Source of the DNA: Callorhinchus milii
Lineage: Eukaryota
Direction of reading: 5' to 3'
DNA length: 64,000 nucleotides
NCBI RefSeq assembly: GCF_018977255.1
Contig: NW_024704742.1
Location: 108,130,001 to 108,194,000, forward strand
Shown here: positions 12,181 to 26,456 of the stretch, one piece after another
Numbering within the stretch: position 1 is the stretch's first letter
How the letters are laid out: every line of letters begins with the position of its first letter
Translations under genes and position numbers: made by a program
The notes under the pieces: generated by a model
Databases searched by the model: none
What the model was told of the DNA's origin: nothing
What the model saw: only the letters and a program-made list of their open reading frames with translations

Positions 12181-12478
12181 CACTGTGTATTTGTAGGCAA
12201 ATCAGCAGTCAATTTTGAACACAACAATATCCTACAAATAGCTATAAACTAAGTGAATGACCAATTTTATCTGGAGGATTGTTGGCTAAGACATTGGGAG
12301 AAACTCCCTTCTCTTTTTGAATAGTGCCATGGGATCTTTAACATCCACCTCAATTTGTAGCCGGAACCTTGGTTTAATGTCTCATCTGAAGTGTGGCACC
12401 TCCTTACCCCCAGCACTGCATTGAACCCCGAGCCTAGACTGTGTGCTCAAGTACTGACAAGGAGCTTTGAACCCACAG
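12181..12478 (-). mobile_element. DeuSINE (SacSINE1-like), probably interrupted by the adjacent L2; tail remnant near 11572-11610
   Basis: GAATAGTGCCATGGGATCTTTAACATCCACC..GGTTTAATGTCTCATCTGAAG..CAGCACTGCATTG..TTGAACCCACA. Confidence 0.8.
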
Positions 12479-12847
12479 GGGTAGAAAGGGCAGTTGAGGG
12501 TCATAGAAGACACCAAGGTTCTGGATTGGCTCAGTGAGAAACAAGAGGAAAGTGTTATTAATTGAGTCATGTGAAGACACCACTATATCACATTCAGTGT
12601 TGTCTCCTTTCCATTTTCTCCGCTTCTCAAGCCACATGTAAAACTGGATTGTTTTATGAGTTCCAGTCATCCTCTGAATTATTACCATTTTGTAGGAAGT
12701 GACTAGTTTTTCATTTCCAAGCCCAGCGACTCCAAGCGAGTCAGCACACATCTTCACCTCAGGGGGTAACACAGTCAAACCCAATCCTGACCAAAGCCTC
12801 ATTTGTAAGTGTTATTGGTTTGTGATCAAGAAGCAAAAAAAAGGCTG

Positions 12848-12965
12848 TTTTCCCCCTCCCTAGCCAGGGAATGCTGCGCATAGTGGTATGTACTGCCGGC
12901 CTGAGATCAGCTAACTGCCTAACCAGGGATTGAACCTGGGACCTTCTAGTCTTCCAGCATAGCTT
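12848..12965 (-). mobile_element. Ancient tRNA-SINE fragment (AmnSINE2-like, from recalled consensus)
   Basis: CCCCTCCCTAGCC..CTGAGATCAGCTAACT..GGGATTGAACCTGGGACCTTC. Related copies at ~29200, ~33530 and ~57355. Confidence 0.5.
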
Positions 12966-13089
12966 GGTTTTACTGAAGGAAGTGAGTTTTACATGTGACA
13001 GTTGGGGGAATACCCAGATATAGTTTTAGGGTCCAAGGACTATTATTATCCCTGGTTCATGTTTCCATGATATACTTTTGTGGTACTCA

Positions 13090-14030
13090 ACAACATAAAC
13101 AAAAACAACAAAATTACATTTGTATAGTGCCTTTCACGTTGGGAGCACGTCCCAAGGCGCTGGACAATCAGGGTTTTGTACCCGAGCTGAGGGTCGGGAT
13201 TAGGGAGGGTGGAGGGCAGGGGGAGGAGAGGAAGTGAGGCAGAGGGGCTGCAGGATGGAGTTCCAGAGGGTGTGGGAAGAGTGGCTAAAGGCCCGCCAAT
13301 GGGGGGAGGGTGAGGCGGGGGACATGAAGCAGGCTGGAGGCCACTGAGCGGAGGGAGCGGGCAGGTTGATAGGGGGTTAGGAGGTTGCAGGGGTAGGTGG
13401 GAACAAGGCCATGGAGGCTTTCAAAGTGAGGACCAGTATCTTGAACTGTATCCTTTATGTGATGGGAAGTCAATGGAGTCGGGCGAGGATGGGGGATGGA
13501 ATCTGGTGCTGGAGATTACATGGGCTGCAGAGTTTCGGATGATCTGAAACCTATGGAGGGAGGAGATGGGGAGCCCAACAAGCAGGGAGTTTGTGTAATC
13601 GAGCCTGGATGCTATGAATGTGGGTATGAGGGTCTCGGCAGCCTGGGGTGTGGTATAATGGCGGAGCCGGCAATGTTACCGAGGTGGGGGAAGGTAGATT
13701 GGGTCATGGTGCTCATGTGGGGTAGAAAGAGCAGTTGAGGGTCACGGAAGACACCAAGTTTCTGGACTGGCTTAGTAAGGTGGAGTGTGCATCCTTGGAT
13801 GGTGATGCCGTCAGTGCCTGAGGTGTGGAGACGCTGATGGGAGCCAATCAGGAGAGCCCCAGTCCTGTTGACATTCAACTGTAGAAAGTTGGCTCTCATC
13901 CAGGACAGCAGTGGTCCTGGAGTTGAGGGTGGAAGCAGAGAGATAGAGTTGGGTGTCATCCGCATACATGTGGAAGTTGACCTTATGTCTGCGGATCATG
14001 TCACCAAGAGGGAGCATATAGATGTTGAAG
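13090..14030 (-). mobile_element. Older L2 LINE, 3' part (continues at 14711-14880)
   Basis: Minus [28 protein letters not shown] (YADD) and [14 protein letters not shown]; tail at 13090-13165. Confidence 0.9.
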
Positions 14031-14045
14031 GGCCTGTTGAAGATG

Positions 14046-14714
14046 CCTCACCCCTCACGTTGCTGAAACTCTGGTCCACGCCTTTATCACCTCAAGGCTG
14101 GACTATGGGAATTCTCTCCTCGCCGGCCTTCCCGGCACCTCCCTCCACAAGCTGCAGGTCATTCAGAACTCTGCAGCTCGTGTACTGTCCCGCACCAGGC
14201 TTCGGGACCACATCACTCCCACCCTCGCTCACCTCCACTGGCTCCCCATCCCCCAGAGGATCGAATTCAAGATCCTCACCCTCACCTACAAGGCCATTCA
14301 CGGCCTTGCTCCCTCCTACCTCTCCGACCTACTATCCCCCTACTTACCTGCCCGTACCTTCCGTTCCTCTGGCTCCGGTCTGCTCCACATCCCCCGCCCC
14401 AACCGCCCTACCATCGGTGGCCGGGCCTTCAGCCTCTCAGCCCCGAGGCTCTGGAACTCTATCCCCCAGTGCCTTCTCCTTGCCTCCTCCCTTTCCTCCT
14501 TCAAGGCTGGTCTCAAGACCTTTCTCTTTGACAGTGCCTTCAGCTCCCCTCTCGACTCTCTACCCCCTCCTCGCTCCCTCCCTTCTCTCCCCTCACCCTG
14601 ACCATTTCCCCCCTGCTCAGGTCCTGACCCAACTGTACAGCGCCTTGGGACGTCCTCCCGACATGAAAGGCGCTCAATAAATAGAATCTTGTTGTTGTTG
14701 TTGTTGTTGTTGTT
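14046..14714 (+). mobile_element. Young 5'-truncated L2 nested in the older antisense L2
   Basis: Near-identical to 34892-35580; (GTT)n tail; TGTTGAAG at 14023-14030 and 14711-14718 is a probable TSD. Confidence 0.93.
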
Positions 14715-14880
14715 GAAGAGGAGGGGACCAAGGACAGAACCCTGAGACGGTGCAGGGGCTAGAGGAGAAACCGTTTCTGGAGATGAAGTGGAGACGGTAT
14801 GAGAAGTAGGATCTGAACCATTCAAGAACCATGAAGGTTGAGGTGAGAGGAGAGGCGGTGGAGGAAGATAGAGTGGCCAA
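14711..14880 (-). mobile_element. Older L2 LINE, upstream continuation
   Basis: Minus strand encodes [11 protein letters not shown] and LEWFRSY, the RT segments directly N-terminal to the LPLGD..YADD segment ending at 14030. Confidence 0.88.
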
Positions 14881-15594
14881 CTCTATAAAGTGGGGAGACA
14901 GGGCTCCTCTTTCTGAGTTTGTGAATTTAAAATATTATAGACATCAGGGTTTAACTTGCAGTATTTCTTATGTGATTCCCAATGCTAGAACTCCCATTGG
15001 CGCACAGGATCTCTACTCCAGGGATAGATTACATGGGAGTAGAGTTCCACATGACAGCATGGCATACCACGTTATCAAACAAAATCCCATTTGCCCCACT
15101 CGCATTCCATATTAAGGAATCTCTGCTAAGAATATTGCAATTTGGTCCTCCTATTCATTATAATTTTTACAAATGGACTTCAATAATTCAGAATTCAGAT
15201 TGCACCTGAAGGAAGACCTTGCTCTTTGACTGTATCTACAGTCTCCTCTCCTTTCTCCCCGGGTCGGGGTCAAACTCTGCCAATGCTAAACTCTCAGACA
15301 CTACACTGCGTGAAAGGCTATATGAATACAAGTTGTTGATAATAAAATTGTATATCATAAATGAAAAGTGGAGTATAACTGGAATGAATAATGGAACATT
15401 AGTCGCTTATGAATCATTAACCACCCGTGACAGAAGGAACATAACTCACTTAAACCATGGTATTTATTAGTAGTGAAGCTTGACATCACTCGATGGTTTA
15501 TTTTCTGTAATACACAAATTCTCCTCTGTGCTTTTATTGCTGTGTGCTGCAAGGAATATTTTTCTTATTCTTCTTCACCATGTGCAACAGACAT

Positions 15595-15900
15595 ACAATA
15601 CAATACAAATTACATTTGTATAGCACCTTTCATGTCGGGAGGATGTCTCAAGGTACTGGACAGTCAGGGATTTGGACCCGAGCTGGGGATCGGGGAGGGT
15701 GGAGGGCAGGGAGGGTAGGAGGGTGGCTGAAGGCTTGGTCGAAGAGGAGGGTTTTGAGACGTGCCATGAAGGAGGCAAGAGAGGGAGCGAGGCAAAGGGA
15801 ATGTGGGATGGAGTTCCATAAGGTGGGGGCAGAAAGGCCGAAGGCCCAGCCGCCAATGGTGGAGTGGACCACGCAGGGATATGAAGTAGGCAAGCTCAGC
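15595..15900 (-). mobile_element. L2 3' fragment
   Basis: Minus ORF TIGGWAFGLSAPTLWNSIP..LKTLLFDQAF plus tail. Confidence 0.85.
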
Positions 15901-15931
15901 TGACTTGGTTCAGTGAGCAGTGAGAGCTCAC

Positions 15932-16036
15932 CTTATAATCCTTGCGTTTGATATAGCGCCTTATCACGTCATTGAAACGTCTCAAAGCGCTTCACAGAAT
16001 ATGCTGTAAAGTGAATTGACTATGCATTTTGTGGGT
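15932..16036 (-). mobile_element. SINE 3' tail fragment
   Basis: ATAATCCTTGCGTTTGATATAGCGCCTTATCACGTC..CTCAAAGCGCTTCACAGAAT. Confidence 0.8.
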
Positions 16037-19000
16037 TACCTGTTGTTAAACATTAAGTGAAAAACTGAAGTTTGGCTTCAAGTAGGAATTCTTTTACGGA
16101 ACAAAACATATTATTTAAAAAAAAGCAATTGTTCCGTTCTTCTGTTGGTATTTGCTTTTTCCACACAGAAGTGGAATAACATGACCTTGCCCATGTTCAT
16201 TGAACCAAAGAGAATTTATCAGCTGTAGGCTCAATACAGCATTATTGGTTTAAAATTCTGTGAAATTTATTATGTGAATCAAGGCTGTATAAAATGAATT
16301 CTCTCTAACCATTGTATAAAATTGCTCTTGACCTTTACCTCTATACACTAGTGAACAACACATGGCCACGGACAGAGCTGCTGTACCATTTGATCCGGTT
16401 TCCTGAAGACTGGATATGCTTGAGCTGCTCTTCTAAGAGGGAGATAGAGAAGCTTTGTGTAAAATGTCAGTCTTAAGAGGACAAGCGTGGTATAATAGGT
16501 AGTGGCTGCAGTCATTGTTTAAGTCATAAATATGGATTTCAGAAGGCTCTATGCATCGTCTTGGGGAATGCAACACTGTCAACATTATTAATTTGCCAGC
16601 TACTTGGAATACTGTGCTATACATAATAGATACAACACAGAGATTTCCTTGATAATTTGCCACAAAATATAATGCAATTATGCTTTTTTGTGACTTGTGC
16701 CAGGTTTTGACTTGCGATATGAAGATAATAAAAGAAGTGATTATTGCCTTCTGATGAGATTCAATGATATTATTCTTAATTGGTGCTACATTAAATGGGA
16801 GACGCATTAAAAACAAACGACCATTTATTCAAATACCATCTCTTGTTAAGCAGAGATTTTGTGTTACAGGAGATGGTATGTGAATAAGTACAAGCCAGTT
16901 GTCCCATACCCTACACTCGTATTAGATCAACAGTTTAAATATCTTGTTATTGTAAATGTAACATTGCTACATATGATTAATAAAATAACAGGCACTCTGG
17001 AGCGAGCTAATGGTTGTAATCTAAGATCAGGGTTCTGCTGATGTTCATAACAGCTCAAATCTCACACTCATAATTTATCATCAGATCTACTCGGTTGAAT
17101 TACAGCAATCTCACTCTGCTCTATATATTATCTTCTGATGGTTACTGCTGTGCTTTGGACCAAGTACAAATGAAGAGGATTGACGTTTATGCATCAGTGA
17201 AGTACATTTTTTAACACTTTTAATTGATGAAAACAGAAACATCAAATTGTATATAAGGAAATAATATCCCTTTCGATGGTGTTCAGGCTTGTCAGGCCTT
17301 ATAAATCATAGTTTCAAAACTGTGATACCAATACCTGAGAATTGAAAGTTCTTATGTTCTATTGATTCCACTTGGAGGGTGTAGTACACGTCAGAAGATA
17401 TTGGAGTCCAAGCTAACAAGCTCCAGCTTTCTATTTTTCTCGTTATGTAGTGTTCTCTTTGTAGTGTGGGGTGAAAAATGTAACATTTCATTACAGATTC
17501 ATTGTGTACTTATCATACTTAGAGATAATATTTGCAGAATGCCTGAAAGGGCTCATTAAGGACATCAGCCGTTAGCACTCCTCTCCAGGTTTGTTCGTCT
17601 CAGGATCCTAGCACTGGCATTTTTGACTCTGTATCAAATATTTGTATTCTGTAAATTTTAGGCCTACATCAAGCTGTAGGTTGATTATTTGTTCAATTTT
17701 TCTTTCCCAGAATGACCGAGGAGGGCTGAAATCCATGCCCTCCTAGGCCCAAAAACTCACCGTTAGCAACTGGAATACAAAATCTCTGGATTAGCCAGAG
17801 ATAGTATTTGAATAAGTGGTTAAATGCTTACACTTCTGCTGTTACCAAGGTATAAAGATATAAACATTGAGATAAATATTTGGTGAAGAATTTACTTGAG
17901 GGCAACACAGTAACGCAGGAATATTTGTTATTTAATTTGTATTTTGCGACTGGCCAGATGGATCACAATAGACTTTCCTAGTCTTGTATATTCTTATGGA
18001 CTTATGCTTATTCATTTGACTAAACTCAAGAATTTCAACTCTCAGGGAAAATACACTGTGTGCCAGCATTGCATACAGATCCTAAGGGGAGCTCTCTTGC
18101 TGAAATACACACCTTAATTAGACAAGATAACGTTCCTGCTCATATGTGATACACTAGACCGAGTAATATGCGATCACCTTGTGAATAAAAACAATGCACA
18201 TGATATCAATCATTAATGGTTACATTCTGCATGTCTTCTATGGAACAAAGTTACTTTCCAATTAAAATCACGTAATTAGTTTCCAGGGGACCAACTATAC
18301 TCAACCACCAAGTGCTACAAAGCACACACAAAAAAAATTCACAGCGATCAATTTCTCGAAATTCAAATGAAAATGGTGTGACATTATGTCAAGTGAAAAC
18401 TCGTTCCATTAATTCTGTGATATATAAAAGACTGCCAAAGCCACTACAAAAGTGTTTAGTAATTTAATAGTACTAAGACATATCATGCATGTAACTGACA
18501 CGTGGAATAGCTTTATGATTTTCTTTGATTGGATACATATTTCATTTTAATCATGTTTTTAACTTGCTAATTTAATAAAAGACAAATGCTTCACTAAATT
18601 CATATTGTGAACTGGGATAGAATGATAAAATATTGTTTTTTTGTGCATGAATTCCACTTGAGAATTGTTAATATCTCTATCGATAAGGAAGACAATAGCT
18701 TTGGAGAAATACCTTTCAGTAAATGACTTTTCAACACCTTCCACTGATATAAATTAAACATCTGGATTATTTTACTTTGTGGAGATCGTGCTTTTTCCAA
18801 TGCTTTTTTTAAAAAATGATACTTACTAAAAGTTAAATGTTCAACAAGCATAAAGAACTGATGGAATACTATCATTTTGTTGTGCACAAATTGGATGCTG
18901 CATTTCCCTATGAATTACAAATATTTTATTGTTATAAGTGTTATAACAAACAAGGTTATTATTATTATTGAAACCACCGAGTGGCTTGGCAGCATTCAAA

Positions 19001-19689
19001 TATGCATCTCCCACATACTCCATCACTGAAAGTTTAAGTTACCAAGCTGCTTGTCATTTGAACCTGCTTTGCCTCTGTTAGGCAACCTGTGTCAGTTCTT
19101 GACTAGTCAGAGAATGAACTGACAGTGCTCATCGTATCCCTTTTAAATTGTGCTGCCTTTCAGACAACCATGGAGGCTATTGACTTTGATCCACAGCTAA
19201 TACTGCCCCAACCTACCCGCTGGATAAAGATGTGTGGTGACTAGTGACAAGGAAATAAGAGAAAATGAGGCTGTCACAAATGTATCCAAAATAATATTTC
19301 ACATGAATAGCGATCTTTAAACAAACAATTAAACCCAAGTGGCTTTGGAACTTTACACGCGTGCTCTATAAAGCATTATCTATCGCATTTTTCCTTTTGG
19401 AAATTATGCACAGATGTTGCCATGGTACCATGCTGAAAGAACTGAACAAGTGAGCAAAAGGAACTGGAAATCCTCAGTGCACGGTAAATAATACATTACA
19501 AATATCACGGCCACCTGTGTCAATGCCAGCTTTCTGTAATTAAGTTTACAATATGAAGCTGTTTTCTCTTTATGCTGAATCCAGGAGTAATTGGATTCAC
19601 TGAACAAGTAATAGTTCCAGGTAAACAAATGTATCCTTTGGAGTCAATCTTCAGCTTTTGCTAATTCGCAAGTGATAATAATAAAATAA

Positions 19690-19895
19690 CAATACTCCTT
19701 GCATTTCATATAGTCTCTTTCACATCAGGAAAAAGTCTCAAATGCTTCACAGGAATTTACTGTAAATTATAGTGAATGTGTATTCTGTAGGCAACTGAGG
19801 CAGCCAATGTGTACACCGCAACATTCCACATGAAGTGAATGACCAATTTTATCTGGGAGATTATTAGCTTGGACATTAGGAGAAACACTCTTCAT
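19690..19895 (-). mobile_element. Old DeuSINE 3' fragment
   Basis: Degenerate tail plus GGCAGCCAATGTGTACAC..GAATGACCAATTTTATCTGG. Confidence 0.7.
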
Positions 19896-20814
19896 GGATC
19901 ATAGAATATCTAACAATCTTCTGTTAGTTCAATTCACAAATGTTTTTATACAATTAAATTAAAAAATAATTCAATTGAATTAGACAAACAGAGTGGTAAA
20001 AAATTGCTTTAGGAACACAATATCTTCTTGTCCTGATGGTGTGATGTTACCAGGCTTTAAATGTGTCTTAAACATTGCATCAGTTTATAAATTAAATGAC
20101 ACTGCAGCTTCAGTGTTTGTAAGTGGGATAAGAATGGGATGGATAGTTGGTTAATTTAACCCATAGATTGCATTTGCGGAGCTGGAGATTACATTCGATA
20201 GCTGCAAGTTGGCTACAAATGACCTAAGTGTTTGGTAGTCTCAGGCAGATTTGCTCAGATGTTCTCATTGTACATTTCTTGCTATTTAATTCAGCAGCTT
20301 GTGAGGTTTGCTTGGTTAGACACACCGAAGAGCGAAAACTACAACCAGTGCTCTTACGGGGTTACGCTCTCTTGTCAATATGTGACTGACATTAATTATG
20401 TGCGGTTAACACAAACAATACTGACCTCAGATTTGAATAGAAAAATAATTCCAGTTACTGACACTGACCATGGTTTATTTAAAATTACTTCCTCAATTTC
20501 GTACCAGTTATTTCTTTTTGGATTTGCCAGATTTTTGAAAGCAAAACTGCAGCTGCTACGTTACAGTAAGGGAATAAATTGTTGGTGATGTTTAACCCCG
20601 GTATGAATGATGGGACAGATATTTTCAGTTCATGGATTTTTGGCTCCATATTAGCCTCTTTTTTGATGTTTTATAGTTACAGACTCAGTGAAACTTTTGC
20701 ATTTGAATGGATTTTTTACTTTTGATTCTTGGAAAAGCTACAACTTTATGTATGTGCGTTTGTATATACTGGGTCAAAGGAAATATTTATGCATTTGCCT
20801 TATCCTTCCTAGTG

Positions 20815-20880
20815 ATACAGTGCAACCTTGTTATAACACGATGTTTGGGATCCATAAAATAAATCTGTGTTATAGCCAGG
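20815..20880 (+). mobile_element. Possible Tc1/mariner-pogo (Tigger-like) terminal remnant
   Basis: TA followed by CAGTGCAACCTTGTTATAACACG resembles pogo-type TIRs (CAGT..AACCTCG.TATAA). No clear partner TIR. Confidence 0.35.
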
Positions 20881-23800
20881 TGCATCAATGGATTTGAGTG
20901 TGTACGAGCTGGTACACAGGGAGTGTCCCAGCCAGTTCCTATACCATAAGATAAAAAGGGGCAACTTCCAGGACATCAGGTTACCTCTTCATTTCCTGTT
21001 TTCTGTACATGTGCAGCTAAGCAGGCAGTAATGTTGATGGCAATCTAATGCTCCGGAGGTTGTTCATTTTTTGCATGGAATGCCGGCCAATGCACAAGCG
21101 AGCCAGCTGTGTGCACGTGCAATGAATGGGGCTTACAGTACAACTGGGTTATAAGTGAACTCTGGCTATCTTTAAGTGGGCCCAAGATTCTGCCCATTAT
21201 TTTTATCCTACTTAAAAACCAAGCACAGGTACTAGCATTTCTGAAGTATTCTAAGGATCCGAAAACAATTTGTATATTCCCTCCATGGTAATCACTGAAG
21301 GCTGATGGAACTGCACAAAAGTAGAAATGGGATATAAAAATACTGGATGTAATGTAATAATTATCCCATCACGTATTTCATTTTTCGCCTCATAGTTGCA
21401 GCACATTGTGACTCCAGTCATAAGATATTTAAGTCATAATTGTTTTGTTTCTCATTCATACTTTATTACATTATTAATCATTTGCAACATATATGAATGA
21501 ATGAATTAATGAATGTATGAATGAATCCCATTTGTTCCAAATGTAGTGTGAAGAATGCAATTGCACTCTTCTCAGTGGTAAGGGCTACACTGACCTGTTT
21601 TTTTCTCTCTTTTCAAATAAGCAGTAAATATAGAGAGTAGCTGCCTATATTTCAGCTTTTTATTTTTACTGTATTTATTACTCATGTTATTTAATATAGA
21701 AACAATATTTTGGCCTAACAGCATGGTACTTGCTACACCAATGGATTCGGGGACATTAAGAGCTGAGGTTTTACATTGCTCTGATATTTAGATACAAGAT
21801 AACAGATAAAAGAAATTACAATTTAAAGAAGTATAGGCACTTAAAATTAACTTTATTAACTGCTATGCTTAGAAGATGGATATTTTCCAAAGGACAGATA
21901 AGGTACGAGCTCTCTAAAATCAATGAGTATTTTCTCCAAAGGCTCAATTTGTATTGGTTACTGCCTTGAGGATTAAGACAGCAAATCCTCAGCATGTTGT
22001 TATCCCTTTTATGTGGCCTTGAGAAGTGAGTGCCTGGAATTTAAAGCACTCTCTCCAGATGAGCCAATAAGCAAGGTGAAGCTGGGTCAGCATAGCTGTG
22101 GATATACTAGCCAATTGTACATAGACCCTTAGCAGTTATGATTCCCTCAAGCAAAACCTTTAGATGCTGGTCAGATCCGCAGTGTGACACATGAGAAATG
22201 GGGTCTGAGCTTGAGAGCAATCTAATGATAACGGCTGAGTCTATAGACATGGAAGACTTTACATATGCATAACATGTAACGCTTATTTACAATCAAAATC
22301 AAATTTGTCAAGTCAGGTTAAATGTAATCCAAGGTTATGGAAAGATCATATCCCCATGGAATCTTTATTTGCCGTGACCAAGACACAGTTTAATTTGCTT
22401 TGTGTCGCTTTGTGTACCCTGTTTATCAGCCGGAATCATACGGCATTAAACATTGGATGTCAAAGAATGCTCGCACTTGTTTTACTATTCTTCATTGTGT
22501 TGTCAGGATGGGGTGAGTTTACATGCACATACAAAGAGAATAATAATATGGGAAAACCTGCCCTTTTTCCTCTTCTCTTAGTTGCACAGCACTGAGTTGC
22601 AACCTTAGCATAAGAATATACTTGGGAGCAGTCTGTCTACAGGGAAACCTGAAGAAGGAGGACAAAAATGACAAAGGCTAAAATTATATATAAATCTTTG
22701 ATTTTCATCTCTATTCTCCTCAGCTCCCCACCGCTCTCTCAGCTCACGTGCCCAATCACCTCTGCAAAGTCCTTTGAACTGTCCTCCTGACTTGTAAGGC
22801 GGAATATAAATGTAAATTATTGGGGTATAAATTATTGGCTTATTATTTAATTTGCAATATATGGAAATTGCCTTTAATGCAGTAATTATGATTTCCAGTT
22901 GTGAATATCAAAAGCTACCTAATTTGTGACATTTTCAATTTCCAAAGACAAGAAACACAGCCATTCACTCTCAGGTCTTGTTTGCACTTTGCTGGCTTTT
23001 GGATGTTGCAATTAGCTATTTTTGCCAACAGCACAAATGAGAACATCTTTCGATCATTGCATCTCCCTGTGTGCATTAAAAAGCACTGAATCCTGTTTGC
23101 CAATATTGAAAATTATATCCCAGGTTCACTGGTAAAAATGCAATTATTCCCATTTTTTAAGAAACAACTTTCAGCCATTCAAATGTTGTACTGCTGCAAT
23201 ATTGGGAATTTCAGGAGGCAGCACTGCATTCTTTTGCCATCAGCAAAACTCTCCAGCATCCAACTGTGCAATCTGAGGGCAATCTGAGAATCAGTGTGGT
23301 GGGTTATACTCTACAGCTTTAGTACCTTATTGTCTGTCTAACTTTAATATATAAAGGATATATTTAGTCTCCAGTATATATTTTAAAAGAAAACAGAATT
23401 ATTGCTAGAGGTATTAAATATACTAAATATACAGTTTGCTTGCACAGTTGTCAATATATAGAAATTGACTTGACAAAGCCAATGAATCCATGGAATCAAA
23501 GAAATCTACAGCACAGCAAGAGGCCATTTGAACATTTTATTAGTGTCGAATGGTGGTGAATGCATTGTTACAGCTGAATTTGCCCATTGCCAGTAATGTA
23601 TTGTTTCATAAATTGTACGGAGATTCTGTTCATGAATAAACCATTGAATATTATTTTCTACATAGAATGATGACTTCCCTATTAAAAGGCACAGATGCAG
23701 AAATAATAATTTTACACTAACAATGATTAATGTTAACTAATAACACAGGTGCCCACTTCGGATGTAGGAGGCAACATTTGCCTTGTTTTTTTTTCTTGTT

Positions 23801-25574
23801 TTTAATTATGGAACACAATGTTTAATACATTTTTATGGTTTTTAAACGATTTGCATTCTGCAAATGTATAGTAACAAAAAAAAATCCTGACCTCCCTTAT
23901 CATTTTCTGTGAGAGAAATCGATGCTGGTGAATCACCTAATTAACTTTTGCTGCATTGGAATAATCAGGGTCTGAAGTTCAAATCCTGTCTCCTGTGCTT
24001 CCCAGGATATGGATGTCCCATCCCCCTTCTGCAATCCTTCCATAACCCAGGTCTTAATATATCATGTTCTGGACCAAATACAAGTATTTTGACTTGGCAC
24101 AGCTGTGTTATTTAAGCATATCAAACACATTATCAAAGAGACTAGCATTCTTCACAGATTCACTCAAAGGGCATAAAATGCTTTATGGAACAGTTAATTT
24201 ACGAGCAAATTAACCACTTTTTTAAAGCACCGTCTGTCTACGCGAGTCGACAGAGAAATCTTGTTAAAACAGAAAAAAAAAAGTGTTCTTCTGGAGAAAA
24301 AGAACGGCTCAAAGCAAATAGCTTCCTATACGCTTCAGTATAAATAATGCCATTCTTTATCTGAAGCCAGTACTTCAATGACAGCCAAGATGGATGCATT
24401 ATCATAGTGATATGAAATAATCTGGGTACATTCAAAGGATATATGGATCAAAGTGATAAAAAAGGTCATTAACGAATAAAGAAAGAATATGTGATTAAAA
24501 CACTTTGAAACGCTGAAGTCAAATTATCCTAGTAATGATTGGTTACATCTCTGAAAGGGAGGTTCCATGCTTCAACACCTGATGGTACGTTAAGATCCCG
24601 TCACTTGGTGAAAAACAAGCAACAAACAATGCTAAATTAGAAATATCAATTATCTTCTGCCCATTACAATCACGGCAGCACAGAACCAGATTGAGAAAAT
24701 TGCTCTCGGACAATTTCCCGTGTGTCTGAGTGCAATGCAAGCCACTTTCATGATAGTAAAATGTTCCAACAATTTCCTGCCACTCATTTGACTGATGAGA
24801 ATGAGGCAAAGATAACAAGCACTGCAAACGATTCTGCAGCAACTAAAGCACAGTGTGTGGTAAAAATTAGAATCAAAATTACAGTAGGCTTCTTTTCAGC
24901 GTATGCATTTTATCTTCATCATTTGACCCCCCAACACACCTCCATTTTCCTCCACCACTCAGGTTCATACTATTTCCCCCACTCAGGAGGATGGCTCAGT
25001 GTATTTAATTTTTTCATACGTGTCATCAATCCTGCTCCATCTACCATACATCAGAAATGCCACATGGATGGAGAATTACCAAGCAATGTTCTCCCTTTGT
25101 CTGGAAGTTCCATGTGTAGGTCGAATGCATGAAAATCTCAGTTTGGTTTGAATATTCTTAAGCATGGTGACCAAACAAAAATTATTGGTAATTATTGGTA
25201 ATTTACTGACCTATGGTAATGTGCACTGATGATGGCATCACCATTTAAACCCAATACATTTACTAAAAGCAGAGATTAATAAATGATCACGAGCAATGGT
25301 CTGTACATTTGTCAACAAGGGGGAATTAATTGATTCTTCCCCATTCTGTTTTCCCTCTGTGCCCTCAGATCCAATATTGTGCTTCCACAGAATGTGAATT
25401 TCAACTTAGCTTGAAGTCTGAACTCAGGCATTGCAGATTTGAAGCTCTCCAAAGGCTATAGGGTGTTCAATGAGTAATGCTGACAAGGGGTTCAAATCCT
25501 ACAGTATTCGTATCTTTCATTATTTCAGCAATGCAGAGTTTGAATGATTTGAACACTTTTCTAGAGCAGAGGAC

Positions 25575-25760
25575 AGAAATTCCACCTAGTGTTACCCTGT
25601 AAAACCATTTTGTCTTAAAAGTAAGATCTCACAAGATTGGGCAAAATTCTTAAATTCAATATTAATTCAGAAGGCAATTTAAGATTGAATTGGGGGAATT
25701 TTCTGCAATTCCTCATAATCTTAATATGTCAGATAAAATGTTCTTAAGACGAGGTGGAAT
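25575..25760. repeat. Unclassified old AT-rich dispersed repeat; inverted relative at ~52400-52590
   Basis: AAAATTCTTAAATTCAAT (25643-25660) is the exact reverse complement of 52503-52520, with flanking partial similarity. Confidence 0.55.
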
Positions 25761-26456
25761 TGCAGGTCTCAGAATGTTGTTAGTCATATAGATTTATCCT
25801 TCAATAATTGGATGACTGCTGGGTATTGGTCAGGCTGTCCGAAAAGAATTTGCATTTTAGAGCACCTTATAATGTTAAATGATATCAAAGCACTTCTGGA
25901 TAGACATTCCAACTGGGTCAAGATGTATCCTGTTCACATAGCATTTCAGAATTCCACAATTTCTCAAATACTTAAAGATAGTCTTGAACATTGAAGTAAG
26001 TTTTCTGTCAGTTCTTTAAGAACGAAGAGTTAAAACTGAATTCAACAATTTGGTAAATTCTGAACACTCTGCAATGCTACTTTAATAAAATAAATCTGGA
26101 CCCGAGTGGAATTTCTACTCATTACCATCAAGTATAGTGACTGTATTTTTTTAGACAAATGCGGCAGCCATTTGCCCAGCAAGATCGAATAAACAGCCAT
26201 TGGGTGAATCACCAATTAATATGTATCATTATTAGCCAGGACACTAGGATAAACTTCTTTGTATTTTTGACTGGAGCGTTTTAGATACTACTGTGTTAGT
26301 TTTCATCTCTGAGATGAGAGCCTATATATTTTTATAGCATCCACTAAACTGTTAAAAGACAAGTCAAGAGATAATGGTTAAGTAATGCCAAGCCTATGAT
26401 GTCGGAGGAAGGAAAGACAAATGGAATTGAGGCGTGCTATAGCTTGAGAGCTTGGG

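Noticed and set aside
13868..14680. 270-aa Pro/Ser-rich ORF (likewise 34699-35481, 35583-36038, 2638-3255)
   Set aside because: These are alternative reading frames of C-rich L2 sequence, not host genes.
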